Part shown: positions 12,430-24,287 of the stretch, one piece after another
How the letters are laid out: the number at the start of each line of letters is the position of its first letter
How positions within the stretch are numbered: position 1 is the stretch's first letter
Assembly (NCBI GenBank): GCA_951406725.2
Contig: OX597842.1
Location: forward strand, 24,304,001-24,368,000
From: Octopus vulgaris
Lineage: Eukaryota
Reading direction: 5' to 3'
DNA length: 64,000 bases
The notes under the pieces: generated by a model
What the model saw: only the letters and a program-made list of their open reading frames with translations
The model's database searches: none
Told to the model about the DNA's origin: nothing
Position numbers and translations under genes: made by a program

Positions 12430-13392
12430 CGATCTGAGTGAGTTTGCGGTTCAGAGTCAAGTGAAGTCGGAAGGTGTCGCTTGGTTTACTTCCTAAGGAA
12501 TATTGAATATTGGTTCGTAAAAGATTTGTTAGTTCATTAGATTGTTGTTACAATTTTCTGGTTATCTTATTTATTGTACGGAACAATTATGTTACAACAT
12601 CTGGCGATGAGGGTTTCGAAGCTCTTGCAGGTCAGTTAACAAAGTTTTGTGATACAAAATTGTTAAATCATGGAAGACTAATTAGCTTCTTTAAAACTGT
12701 TGCAAAATCAACGACAAAGGCAGCAACAACAACAATTATTGGAGCTTTATTCAAAGAAGTCCAAAAATGAGGGAAGTACATTTTCGCCAGACGACGTTTT
12801 GGACTCGATGAATCCAGTTATAACCCAGAGGACGGTATAACTGTTGCATTGTACTACAGCAGGTAATTTTTAAGGAAGATTGTAAGACATGGTCAGATAC
12901 AGAAAAAGTAAGGTTATTATGACATAAATGAGCCCCATCTGAGTATGAACATTATTTTAATTTCATATTACCCCAAAAAAACTCAATGAAATTTGTTTTA
13001 AAGAAACAATAGAATTACTGTCTAACATATTCGGTGATAAAACTTGTCTAACACTTGGATGGTGTTTTGGAATATAATGAAAAAAGAGGATGGTGATTTT
13101 ATCACATAGCAGGAACAATTGACAGAATGTGTGAATATTTTTAAACTCAGAGAATTTACACCTGAGATGTTCAGGTGTCTTCTTTTTGTACAAGGCCTTA
13201 CAACAACTGAATATACAGAAATTCACACTGCAGAACTAAATTCTGAAGATCAACCATTAAAGATCCTAGAGGGCTCTCAACAGAAACAAAATTCGACTCC
13301 CAAATGAGAAAATTTGTACATGTAAAAATGATTGGAATACATATTAAACTTCAGTTCGATCCTGAAGTGATATTTCAATAATAAATATGGAT
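12430..13392 (+). mobile_element. Degenerate Ty3/Gypsy remnant (K02A2.6-like gag)
   Basis: LTR end ...ACAACA at 12599 then PBS-like TGGCGATGAGG; gag fragments FKEDCKTWSDTEKVRLL, FILPKKLNEICFKETIELL, FRCLLFVQGL. Confidence 0.75.
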
Positions 13393-13409
13393 ACATGGAA
13401 GAAAATAGG

Positions 13410-13876
13410 GGAACCTATCTATTTTACATGTTTCAGGCATTTGACAGTGGCCATGCTGGAGCACCGCCTTTAGTTGAGCAAATAAACCCCAGGACTTATT
13501 CTTTGTAAGCCTTGTACTTATTCTATTTTTCTCTTTTGCCAAACTGCTATGTGACGGGTGTGTAAACACACCAGCATTGGTTGTCAAGCAATGTTGGGGG
13601 GACAAACTCAGACACACAAGCATACATATATATACATACATACATATATAACCAGAAAATTGTAACAACAATCTAATGAACTAACAAATCTTTTACGAAC
13701 CAATATTCAATATTCCTTAGGAAGTAAACCAAGCGACACCTTCCGACTCACAAGACTTTGGTCGACCCGAAGCTATAGTAGAAGACATTGAACCAATGTG
13801 CCACATTGTGGGACCGAACCCGGAACCTTATGGTTCATAAGCAAGCTACTTACCACACAGCCACTCCTGCGCCTAT
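13410..13876 (-). mobile_element. SINE family 1 (interrupted)
   Basis: Reverse complement of the head and tail seen at 38-445. Confidence 0.75.
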
Positions 13877-14029
13877 GTTGAGAAAAACAGCAAAATTTCT
13901 TTGTAGCATGACAGGTGACAAATTAAATTTCATAGGCGAAATGTGGGGATATGTCACATTTCAAGTGAAAGCAAGCAAGGAGAATGTCTTCATCATTAAA
14001 AATGTTGATTATCTGTTTGGTACCTTTTT

Positions 14030-14185
14030 TTTTTCTTCTTGTTTCAGCTCAGAGCTGTGGCCATGCTGATGCACCACCGTTCTGTGCTACAATGTTATTA
14101 CGAAGAACTTCCTCTAATATGTGGCACTTGGTGAAGAATGGAGTTTGATATAGCTACATACATACATATATATAAGTATATATAT

Positions 14186-14219
<34 letters not shown>

Positions 14220-14450
14220 CATTTTTTTTTCTTGCTTCAGCTCACAGCTGTGGCCATGCTGATGCACCGCCGTTTTGTGCTACACTGTTATTACGAAGAA
14301 CCACCCCCAATATGTGGCACTTGGTGAAGAATGGGGTTTGATATAGCTACTCTCATTTGCACCTCTTGCCGTGAGGTAGGTTCATCTGGGACTCTTGACA
14401 GGATGATGTCCAGCTTTGATTTAAAAACCACTGCATCTACTTTGTGGATC
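14030..14450 (-). mobile_element. CR1-clade LINE 3' end, locally duplicated around a (TA)n tract
   Basis: KSKLDIILSRVPDEPTSRQEVQMR; homologous to 29330-29710. Confidence 0.7.
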
Positions 14451-15780
14451 ATCGTCTAGCGTTCGTTTTCCATGCTAGCATGGGTTGGATGGTTCAACTG
14501 GGGTCTGGGAAGCCAGAAGGCTGCATCAGGCCCAGTCTGATCTGGCAGTGTTTCTACGGCTGGATGCCCTTCCTAACGCCAACCACTCAATGAGTGTAGT
14601 GTGTGATTTCTATGTGCCACCGGCACCGGTGCCAGATGAGGCTGGCAAACGTCCATGATCGGATGGTGCTTTTTACGTGCCACCGGTACAAGGAGCCAGA
14701 GGAGGCTGGCAAACGGCCATCTAAACATTTAATACCTTGTCTTTTGTAAATCAAATAATATCAACAAATTATAAAACAAACGCATAACAAGAAGAAATTT
14801 TGCAGAACAGACGTTATTTTAATGAAATATATCTTGTAATCACCTGAAAAGACACATCTACACTGTTGGATACTCATAAAGCAACTCTTCAATATTCCAC
14901 TCATAAAGGATCAAAGCAAGATATGTTGAAACAATTGTAGTGATCAATAAATATTCTTGTATCTTCCATTAATTATATCATCATCATCATCTATTTCTTT
15001 GCTGCCCACAAGGGGCTAAACATAGAGGGGACAAACAAGGACAGACAAAGGGATTAAGTCGATTACATCGACCCCCAGTGCGAAACTGGTACTTTATTTA
15101 TCGACCCCAAAAGGATGATAGGCAAAGTCGACCTTGGCGGAATTTGAACTCAGAACGTAACGACAGACGAAATACCGCAAAGCATTTCGCCCGGCCTGCT
15201 AACGTTTCTGCATCATCATCATCGTTTAATGTCTGCTTTCCTTGATGGCATGGGTTGGACGGTTTGACCGGGTCTCTGGGAAGCCAGATGGCTGCACCAG
15301 GCTCCAGTCTGATCTGGCAGTGTTTCTACAGCTGGATGCCTTTTTCTCCATGCCAAGCAGGGCCATCTCCCTCACAGGATCTGTCTTTGGGCTTTGCTAA
15401 ATTTACTGTATGATTTTCAATCCAGATCTTGCTTCCATACCTGAAATTTGTTCTCTAATTGTGGTAGGGATTCAGCAATAAGAACAAGGTCATCAGCTTG
15501 GAAGAGATCCCAAGGGCAGACAATCTTAAATTCCTTCCTAATGCCAATCACTCCGTGGATGTAGTGGGTGCATTTTACATGCCACCAGCACAGGTGCCAG
15601 GCAAGGCTGGCAACGGCTATGATCGGTTGGTGCTTTTTACCCGCATGGAAGCCAGTCAAGGTGGTGCTGGCATCAGCCATGTTCGGATGGTGCTTTTTAC
15701 TTGCCACCGGCACAGGTATCACAACTACAATTTCCATTTGATTTTTTGATGTTGATGTACATGACTCAATAGGTCTCCTC
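14450..15780 (-). mobile_element. Cluster of (GAT)n-tailed retroposon 3' ends and a family-2 SINE
   Basis: Repeated CATCATCGTTT...CATGGGTTGGACGG...GGATGCCCTTCCTAACGCCAACCAC; paralogous cluster at ~29770-31550. Confidence 0.7.
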
Positions 15781-15789
15781 ATATATAAA

Positions 15790-17100
15790 TGTAAGTTCCA
15801 TGGATCAAGGTGTAGAATTGTATCAAGTAGAAGCACAAATGATGCTATCTTCCTGGTGAGGCAAAAGCAGAAGTACTTGGTCAAAGATATATCTTTGTAT
15901 TTGGCTTTTGTTGACATGGAAAAAGCTTTGGACAGAGTCCCTACTCCATTATTTGGTGAGCAATAGAGAAGCTAGGGAGAGATGAGTGGTTGGTGAGACA
16001 TGTAAAAGCCATGTATAGGGATGCTGTCAGTAAGGTAGACGTCACCAATGAGTATAGCGTGAATTTTAGTGTCAAAACAGGAGTCCACCAAGGATCGTTT
16101 TTCACCCCACTCTTGTTTATCATAGTCCTGCAAGCAATAACAGAGGAATTTAAGATTGGCTGTCCTTGGGATCTCTTCCAAGCTGATGACCTTGTTATTA
16201 TTGCTGAATCCCTACCAAAATTAGAGAACAAATTTCGGATCTTTTCCTTTTGAACGGCACTTTGTAATATAATGTGTTTATAAAACATCATTTTTTCTTG
16301 GCTTTATTGAGAAAATTCTATAGTTTGTAAGATATTTCGTCTGAAAATTCGAGTATTTTGGCAATTTTAACCAATCGCTGGAGTCCATTTAGGTAAACAT
16401 TCCGTGCTGTATGAATATGTCCCTCCTTTAAGAAACAGATTGGGTTTATTTACATTTGTGAAGAAAAAAGATACCCTTCCCACACCCCTAACCTAACTCT
16501 AAAATAGATTGAAATGCAATAGATCGATACTAGGGCCATAATTATGGGTGACATTTTCATTTGACACCGCTAGAAAAAAATCCCACTTTCTGTAGCGGTG
16601 TCGTATGAAATTGTCATCCATAATTATGGCCCTAGTATCGATCTATTGCATTTCAATCTCTTTTAGATTTAGGGTTCGGGGTGGGGAATGGTATCTTTTT
16701 TTCTTCACAAATGTAAATAAACCCAATCTGTTTCTTAAAGGAGGGACATATTCATTAAGCACAGAATGTTATTTACCTAAATGGAGGTCAGCGATTAGTT
16801 AAAATTGCCAAAATACTCGAATTTTCAGACTAAATATCTTACAAACTATAGAATTTTCTCAATAAAGCCAAGAAAAAATGATGTTTTATAAACACATTCT
16901 AATAGTATACGAAGTTTAAAAGTGCTTAGTTAACTAGAAATTGTGTTGAAAAGCACCGTTCTGGATTGAAAAACTATACAGTAAATTTTGCAAAGACCAA
17001 AGACACATCTTGTCAGAGAGATGGCCCTGCTCGGCATGTAGAAAAGATGTCAGGAGAAACTCCATGTAGTGTACCCAGTACAAGATATGGACACATATTG
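15790..17100 (+). mobile_element. RTE-clade LINE reverse-transcriptase fragment, interrupted by a MITE
   Basis: LAFVDMEKALDRVP, GVHQGSFFTPLLF, QADDLV. Confidence 0.85.
16237..16961. mobile_element. Foldback MITE, GGATCTTTTCCTTTTGAACGG family
   Basis: Long internal inverted repeat; absent from the paralogous site at ~32370. Confidence 0.85.
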
Positions 17101-17544
17101 TTCATTAGATTATAGGCTGCGGATCGTGGGATAGCCTAAGCATGTCCAGCAGAGAACAACTGATCATCGTTGGGAACTGAAATGTGATACAATGGTGTCG
17201 AAATAATATATCCACAAGAAAACAGCAAATTAATGTAATTAAAATTGTTTGAATGAAAACCACACACATTATAATTAATGAGTTGATGCAAATGAGGAAA
17301 ATGTAAAAAATTTATTTGTCTGAAAAAAAGTAATACAATTGCTGTATTTTATTCCCCATTTTATCACTGGTATTGTTATTGATCAATATCAATAAATACA
17401 GGTTTAGTTAAATTACATTAAGAGATGATTTTGCACAGATAACACAGCAATATGTCTTCTCTCCTGTATGAATGCATTTAAAATTAGTTAAACAACATAA
17501 TCCTAAGAGAATGATTTACTACAGATATCAAAACCAAAAATCAA

Positions 17545-17845
17545 AATCATAATCGATCAACATCAATGGAATTCGTAGCTGTGATACCAGTGCCGGTGGC
17601 ACATAAGTGAACCATCCGAACGTGGCCGTTTGCCAGCCTCGTCTGGCACCTTTGCAGGTGGCACGTAAAAAGCACCCACTACAATCACGGAGTGGTTGGC
17701 GTTAGGAAGGGCATCCAGCTGTAGAAACACTGCCAGATCAGACTGGAGCCTGGCACAGCCTTCTGGCTTCCCAGACCCCAGTTGAACCGTCCAACCCATG
17801 CTAGCATGGAAAGCAGACGCTAAATGATGATGATGATGATGATCA
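17545..17845 (+). mobile_element. (GAT)n-tailed retroposon inserted in the B1 degenerate-finger tail
   Basis: Same family as 14450-14720; paralog at ~32885-33190. Confidence 0.75.
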
Positions 17846-18155
17846 CAGTGATACAATATCTGCCCAATCTAAGTGGATTTGTGACAAAAATATTTTCTTA
17901 CGCAGAATGATTTACTGCAGATATTACAGTGCTATGATGTCTCTCCTGTATGAATGTATTTGTAATTAGTTAAATATTGTTCCACAGAGAATGATTTATC
18001 ACACCTCTTACAGTGAAAGGGCTTCTCTCTTGTATAAATACATTTATGAGTATATATAGCACATTGCTGAGATATAGTTTGTCTCCTTTATGAGTGGACT
18101 TATGATTACTCAAATATTTTCTTACACAGAATGATTTACTGCAGATATCACAGTG

Positions 18156-19376
18156 CTATGATTTCTCTCTTGTATGAATGTATTTGTGTCTATTAAAGTT
18201 ACTTTTACGAGAGAATGATTTACCACAGATATCACAGTGATATCGTTTCTCTCCTGTATGAATGTATTTGTGTCTAGTAAGGTTACTTTTTCCAGTGAAT
18301 GATTTACCACAGATATCACACTGATATGGCCTCTCATCAGTGTGAGTACGTTCATGAGCAGTTGAATAACTTCTTAATACAAAGGATTTATCACAGATAT
18401 TGCAGTGATATGGTTTCTCTCCTGTATGAATGGATTTGTGAGAAGTAAGGTTACCTTTTTGAGAGAATGATTTACCACAAATATCGCAGTGATATGGCTT
18501 CTCACCTGTATGTGTATATTTGTGAGTAGTTAAATGACTTTTTAATGGAAAGGATTTATCACAGATATTGCAGTGATATGGTTTCTCTCCTGTATGAATG
18601 TGTTTGTGTGTAGTAAGGTTACTGTTATGAGAGAATGATTTACCACAAATATCACAGTGATATGGTTTCTCTCCTGTATGAATGTATTTGTGATGAGTAA
18701 GATGATCTTTCTTAGAGAATGATTTACCACAGATATCACAGTGATATGGTTTCTCTCCTGTATGAGTGTATTTGTGAGAAATAAGGCTACCTTTTCGAGA
18801 GAATGATTTACCACAAATTTCGCAGTGATATGGCTTTTCATGAGTATGGAAACGTTTGTGTCTAGTTAAATCACTCCTTAGTGAAAAGGATTTATCACAG
18901 ATATCGCATTGATATGGTTTCTCTCCTGTATGAATGTATTTGTGAGTTTTAAGGTGACTTTTTTGAGAGAATGATTTACCACAAGCATCACAGTGATGTT
19001 GTTTCTCTCCGGTATGAATGTATTTGTGACAAGTTAGGCCAGTCTTTTGAGAGAATGATTTACCACAGATATCACAGTGATGTGGTTTCTCTCCTGTGTG
19101 AATGTATTTGTGACAAGTAAGGCTACCTTTTTGAGAGAATGATTTACCACAAATTTCGCAGTGATATGGTTTCTCTCCTGTATGAATGTATTTGTGATGA
19201 GTAAGATGATCTTTCTGAGAGAATGACCTGCCACAGATATCACAGCGATATTGCTTTCCACTTGGTTCAATACACTTGTGAACAGTGAGATTTGCTGTAT
19301 TAGAAAAAGTCTTTTTACAGATATCACATTGGTCTGATAATTTTTCTCTTTCTCTTGTCATCTCCGGCGGATTCAT
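18156..19376 (-). CDS. C2H2 zinc-finger protein B1, intact, 406 aa, 13 canonical plus 1 degenerate finger
   Basis: ATG at 19376 (MNPPEM), uninterrupted TGEKP array; acceptor at 19741-19742, donor at 21149. Confidence 0.92.
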   Translation of the reverse strand: MNPPEMTREREKLSDQCDICKKTFSNTANLTVHKCIEPSGKQYRCDICGRSFSQKDHLTHHKYIHTGEKPYHCEICGKSFSQKGSLTCHKYIHTGEKPHHCDICGKSFSQKTGLTCHKYIHTGEKQHHCDACGKSFSQKSHLKTHKYIHTGEKPYQCDICDKSFSLRSDLTRHKRFHTHEKPYHCEICGKSFSRKGSLISHKYTHTGEKPYHCDICGKSFSKKDHLTHHKYIHTGEKPYHCDICGKSFSHNSNLTTHKHIHTGEKPYHCNICDKSFPLKSHLTTHKYTHTGEKPYHCDICGKSFSQKGNLTSHKSIHTGEKPYHCNICDKSFVLRSYSTAHERTHTDERPYQCDICGKSFTGKSNLTRHKYIHTGEKRYHCDICGKSFSRKSNFNRHKYIHTREKS

Positions 19377-20239
19377 TATTCTTCTGCAGTATGCAACACC
19401 AAAATATATTTTTCTTTTCTTCTTTATAAATGTCTTTGTAGATTCAAATACTTCTACTGCTATATTTACAGCAAATCTGATCTTCTCGAATATCTGAAGA
19501 TAATACAAAGACCTTCACAGATTTTTCCAAATTCAAACAGAATGTAAAATATTGGCAATGAAGAAAACAAACGTTCGTATTAATTCCAAAGAAATATTTC
19601 ACAGTTATTCACCATAGATTTGTAATAGAAACAGGGTTATATATATTATTTATAATATCTTCCATTAGTCTTCAAAGGATGATCAATATTCATGATGTAT
19701 CTGATGTAAAAACTCCTTTATACCACTAACATCTCATATTCTGAAATGACACAGAAACAGTTGAAGATATAGGAAAGACTTGAAAAGCAGAGATTCAACT
19801 ATAAAAAATATTACTACATTTTCATAATAATAAACTGCTTATATAAACCTTAACCCGAATAATTAGTCTCTATACACAGACTTTTGTTCCTTTGCCTTCA
19901 GATATTATGTAAAATGTTAAACTACAAAATATTGGACAATAACTTCCTACTATCTTCAGAAATGTGATAAGTCACTGTTGTTTAGCCCGGAATCATCCCT
20001 GGCTGATCAGGTCTATTAATGAAATTAGGTTGTGTTCACGACTTTTAAAATAATAATAACGAAATTACTGTATACAGTGCTCAGGTGCACCACAACTTGT
20101 CTAAAGTGCGTATAAAGTATATGCAGTAATGTACAAATGTCTGGAAAGTGAACAGTGTATGAGTCAGATACATGCTTGCGTGTGTATGGAGGGGAGAAAA
20201 TCAGGTGTAGTGTTGGCGAATCTCAGGAAGCATGGAAAG

Positions 20240-20480
20240 AAGCCCGTCGTATATATGTGTACATGTATGTTTGTGTGTGTGTTATGTGTCTGTGTTTGTC
20301 ACCCTAACATCGCTGGACAACCATGCTGGTGTGTTTACGTCCCCGTAACTTAGCGGTTCGGCAAAGGGACCGAATAGAATAAATCCTAGGATTACAAAGA
20401 ATAAGTCCTGGGGTCGATTTGCTCGACTGAAAGGTGGTGCTCTAGCATGGCCACAGTCAAATGACTGAAACAAGAGAAGA
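20240..20480 (+). mobile_element. SINE family 1, 3' half
   Basis: GAAGCCCGTCG-(TA/TG)n-...AGCATGGCCACAGTCAAATGACTGAAAC. Confidence 0.75.
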
Positions 20481-20618
20481 GATAACTATTAAAGTTAATC
20501 ATTTTGACAAAATAAACAGCAAATAGTGATACGTAGCAAGTTATACCTCTATAATAAAGCGATAGACAGCTTCGAATGGACACAAGTAACAAATGGAATA
20601 TCTACTGTAATAAAAGAA

Positions 20619-20938
20619 GGCGATCTTACGGTATAAGTACCGGTGTACTTCCGGAAGTACCAGATACATTTCAAAAAAGTGTTTTTTTATATATGGAGTT
20701 AGGTTAGGTTTAAAGTTAGGGCTAGGGTATGTGGCGATCCTTCGGTATATGTACACACGTGACTTTGTTTACATTTCTGAAGATATGAGTTCCAGTAGTG
20801 GTGCCCCAGCATGGCCGCGGCCTTCGGGCATTTTTAAGGATTTTAATGATTTATAACAGAAACCCTGACCCCAAACCCCATATATAAAAAAAACCCACTT
20901 TTTTTTAATGTATCCGGTACTTATATCGTAACATCGCC
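20619..20938. mobile_element. MITE with GGCGATCTTACGGTATAAGTACCGG termini
   Basis: Imperfect TIRs; flanks TAAAAGAA/TAAAAACA may be a decayed 8-bp TSD. Relatives at ~41764-41935, ~45637-45806 and ~53329-53470. Confidence 0.7.
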
Positions 20939-21149
20939 TAAAAACATAAAAAATTTGGTGCTTTTTCATCGACATACCAAGTAAAAATTAAGATTAGATT
21001 TTCTTGGCATTATTCAAGAAGTTTAACGGAGAATGGAATTAATATCGAAATCAGATTAGCAACATTCAAAACGTTCACAATTGTCTGGAGTTTCCAATTA
21101 ACCAGGGTCATCGGATTTTACTACAAACAAAACATGTATTGTATCTTAC

Positions 21150-21277
21150 CTGTGATGATAAATAAATTAGTGTTTAATATGAATTAACGTTAATTACGGA
21201 AAGCATCGATCTGGCGGGAAATATAATTTAAAGGCACTTTAGAAAAATCGACACGGAACGTCAACGAAACGAACTAA
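21150..21277 (-). promoter_or_regulatory. Putative TSS motif and exon 1 of ZNF B1
   Basis: TTAGTTCGTTTCGTTGACGTTCCGTGTC on the minus strand; donor CAG|GTAAGA. Confidence 0.6.
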
Positions 21278-22423
21278 CTTCTAAATATTGTATCCGTCCT
21301 ATTACTACGCATTTGTCGGATGCTAAAACTGAAGTGGTAAATTTTTAATGGTTTTTATTGCTATAATTACGTTTACGAAATGTGAATTATAATGAAAAAA
21401 CCCCGAATAATGGCAAAAAATACAAAAGTATATGCTGACTACTTATTTTCAGGTTTTTTGCTACTCTTACGATCTCCTCTTTAAACCTGTAGTGTCGTTC
21501 TTCGTTTATTTCTTTTTAAGGTTAAGGTGAGAAACCCGTGGGTTGTTTTCTAACCAATACCCAAGAAATTATGTAAAGCTGACTCGCAAAGTCTTATTCA
21601 ATATTATTTTCATTAAATCCAAATTCAATCGTTTAAAGAATGTTAGAAATAAAAACGGGAGAGACCTCCCTTAGTTCTATTTATTTATTTTCAACTAGTT
21701 TCAGCTCACAAGCTGTGGCCATGCTGGGGCACCGCCATTTGTTTTAAGAAGGCGTGTGATAAAAGGCATTTTCCTGATTCTTTTTCTGCTAAGAGTTTGC
21801 TTGATGAGAAGGACAAGTATATAATGTGTAGTGTGATGGATGAAGAGGACAACAGAAGGAGAAGCAACGGGAGGAAGAAATACAAAAGGCCTTACCTCGG
21901 CGAAGATCCGAGGTCTCTTACGAATTTGACACGTCCTGTCGCTTCCTCGTCTCTGCTCGAACTGTCCCTTCGTCGATGACCACACGTGCGTCCTGCTTGA
22001 CCTCTTCCGCCTCCTGCGACGCATGGGTTAGGCTTACACCGTAAACGGGTGGTGTGCGTATTCTTTACCCCCGCCTCTTCCATTGCACAACTAAGTTACT
22101 GGAATATAAACAAACCAACAATGGTTTTCGAACACTGATGCCTGCATGTTTCCCCCTATCCTCATCCAACATCACTCTGATAAGCTGTATTCGTTTCTTT
22201 CCGTCCCTGTAACTTACGGGTTCGACGACAGAACAGCGTAAAAGTAGCAATCGACTGGAAAATAAGCTTTAGTTTTGTATCTTTTGCCATCATTTGGATT
22301 TTTTCTTACAATTCAAAATTTTAAATAGTAATTATAGCAATAATAAAACATAAAAAATTTACCAACTCAGTTTTATCATCCGACAAATGTGTAGTAATAC
22401 GCGGCATACGACATCAGGATATT

Positions 22424-22561
22424 TTAGTTCGTTTCGTTGAGTTTCCATGCCGACTTTTATAGTGTGTTTAAACTATATTCCCGTTAATTGCTCTTTCGTG
22501 TAATTAACATTAATTCACATTAATCTAATTATCGTAACATATGATCTATTTATCAAAACAG
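22424..22561 (+). promoter_or_regulatory. Putative TSS motif and exon 1 of ZNF A2
   Basis: TTAGTTCGTTTCGTTGAG; donor CAG|GTAAGA at 22562; acceptor ending 24662. Confidence 0.55.
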
Positions 22562-22677
22562 GTAAGATGTAATATATATTTTATTTTTTAGCAGAAGCCG
22601 ATGAACCTGGCTAATTCGAAACTCCAAACAAAAGTAAAAAGTTTTAAAAGTTGCTAGTTTGACATCGATGTTAATTG

Positions 22678-22797
22678 GGTTAAACTAAAGGAAGTTTAGA
22701 AGCCATCCATGGCTAACCACTTTGGGTTGTTTTACACCTATTACACACATTGTTTTTGTTTTTTTTTCTTTGAATGGTGTAACGCTTTAGTTTAACC
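22678..22797. mobile_element. 120-bp Merlin-derived miniature element
   Basis: TIRs GGTTAAACTAAAG...CTTTAGTTTAACC; its right end matches the terminus at 23486. Confidence 0.75.
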
Positions 22798-23485
22798 CCT
22801 CCACCTTCAGATATTATGGAAAATGTTAAACTACAAAACGGTGGACAATAATATTCTACTATCTTCAGAAACGTGGCAACTCACTGTTGTTTAGTTCAAG
22901 GTCACCCCTAACTGAGCAGACCTCTTAATGAAATTCGCTTGTGTTCCCGACTGTCCTGACTTTTAGAATACGTCAAACATAAACACAACTATAATTTAAA
23001 CACCAACCCACCACGACTTTTCCTTCTGTAACCTTATTAATAATGTAAATCTTTTAAAGAAATTCTGCATTCACATGTGTTGAAGGTCTGGATCATAAAT
23101 ACGTTTGTGTATTCGTTTCTTTTCAAGTTTAAGCCATTTGCTGATTCTGTCTACGAAAAGGTGTATCTTGTTTTATCATCGCGGTACCACTGGCCTCATG
23201 TTGCAGTCAGCTATTTCTGTTTTATTAGATTGCAGATTATTCACAGGAGCAAAAATCAGACATAATTAACGTGGATTATTTCGACAGGAACAGCAAATAT
23301 AGATGTTTAGCAAATAATACCTCTATGATAAATCAATCGACGGCTTTGAATCGACACAGTCAGCAAATGGAATATCTACTGTAATAAAAAAAAGCTAAAA
23401 ATTCGGTGCTTTTTCATGGCCATGCCAAGTAAAATCCAAATTTTCTTGGCTTAATTAAAGACATTTATTGGCGAATAGAATTAAC

Positions 23486-24287
23486 GGTTAAACTAAAGCG
23501 TTACACCATTCAAAGAAAAAAAAAATATGAACGAATATGACAAAAAAAAATGCGCACTCGCGAAAGAGGGGTGGGGGAGAGGCCTCGGAAATTTACATCG
23601 GGAATTTCCGAAAGCGTCTGACCCGGGCACAAAAACAAAAATAGCGTAATAGGTGTAAAACAACTTGCTCTAAACGAATATGATAAATAAAAATGCGCGC
23701 TCGCGAAAGGGGGTGGGGGAGAGACTTCGGAAATTTCACATCTTCAGTCCACGGCCTTTAAACTAAGAAAAAATAGTGTAATTGGTGTAAAACTACTTGT
23801 TCTAAACGAGTATCAAGAACACACATGAATCATAAACTCCGTATTTTTGTACATATTTCGCAAAAAAAAAAATAAAGAGAAGAAATTCTGGAAAAAGTGA
23901 AGAAATGTTGGATCTCCGCCATGTGAATCAAAATACGTGTCAGAAACATCTTGAAATACTACAGAAATTATGTTACGAAAATGATAATGTATACATACCT
24001 CTTTGAGTGGTCCATCGACATTGATGATAAAGAAATGAGATGGGTTGGAGGAAAAAATTATCTCGGGCCAGGATAAAGACTTGCTGCTGCCAATAAGAAT
24101 ACGTGTATTCTCTTGGCAGCAGGTTTGATGCTTTCCATAAATAGGAACTTGGAGAGGTATTGCTTTAAGTAACAGGCACGAATGCCTGGGCGAACAACTG
24201 ATCTCTTAACTGACACCCACAATCTCTCTATCTTCTGTGTGTGCACCGACGCATTTGTCGGATCAACAAAATTTTCACTGTGGTTGA
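23486..24287 (-). mobile_element. Merlin (IS1016/IS1595-like) DNA transposon 3' fragment
   Basis: INHSENFVDPTNASVHTQKIERLW..KR transposase C-terminal motif (24287-24058), ~120-bp subterminal repeats, TIR at 23486. Confidence 0.85.

Noticed and set aside
12013-12770. ORFs conserved in three copies downstream of A-type genes
   Set aside because: Conservation reflects recent segmental duplication; non-ATG starts, differing ends and overlap with TE remnants.
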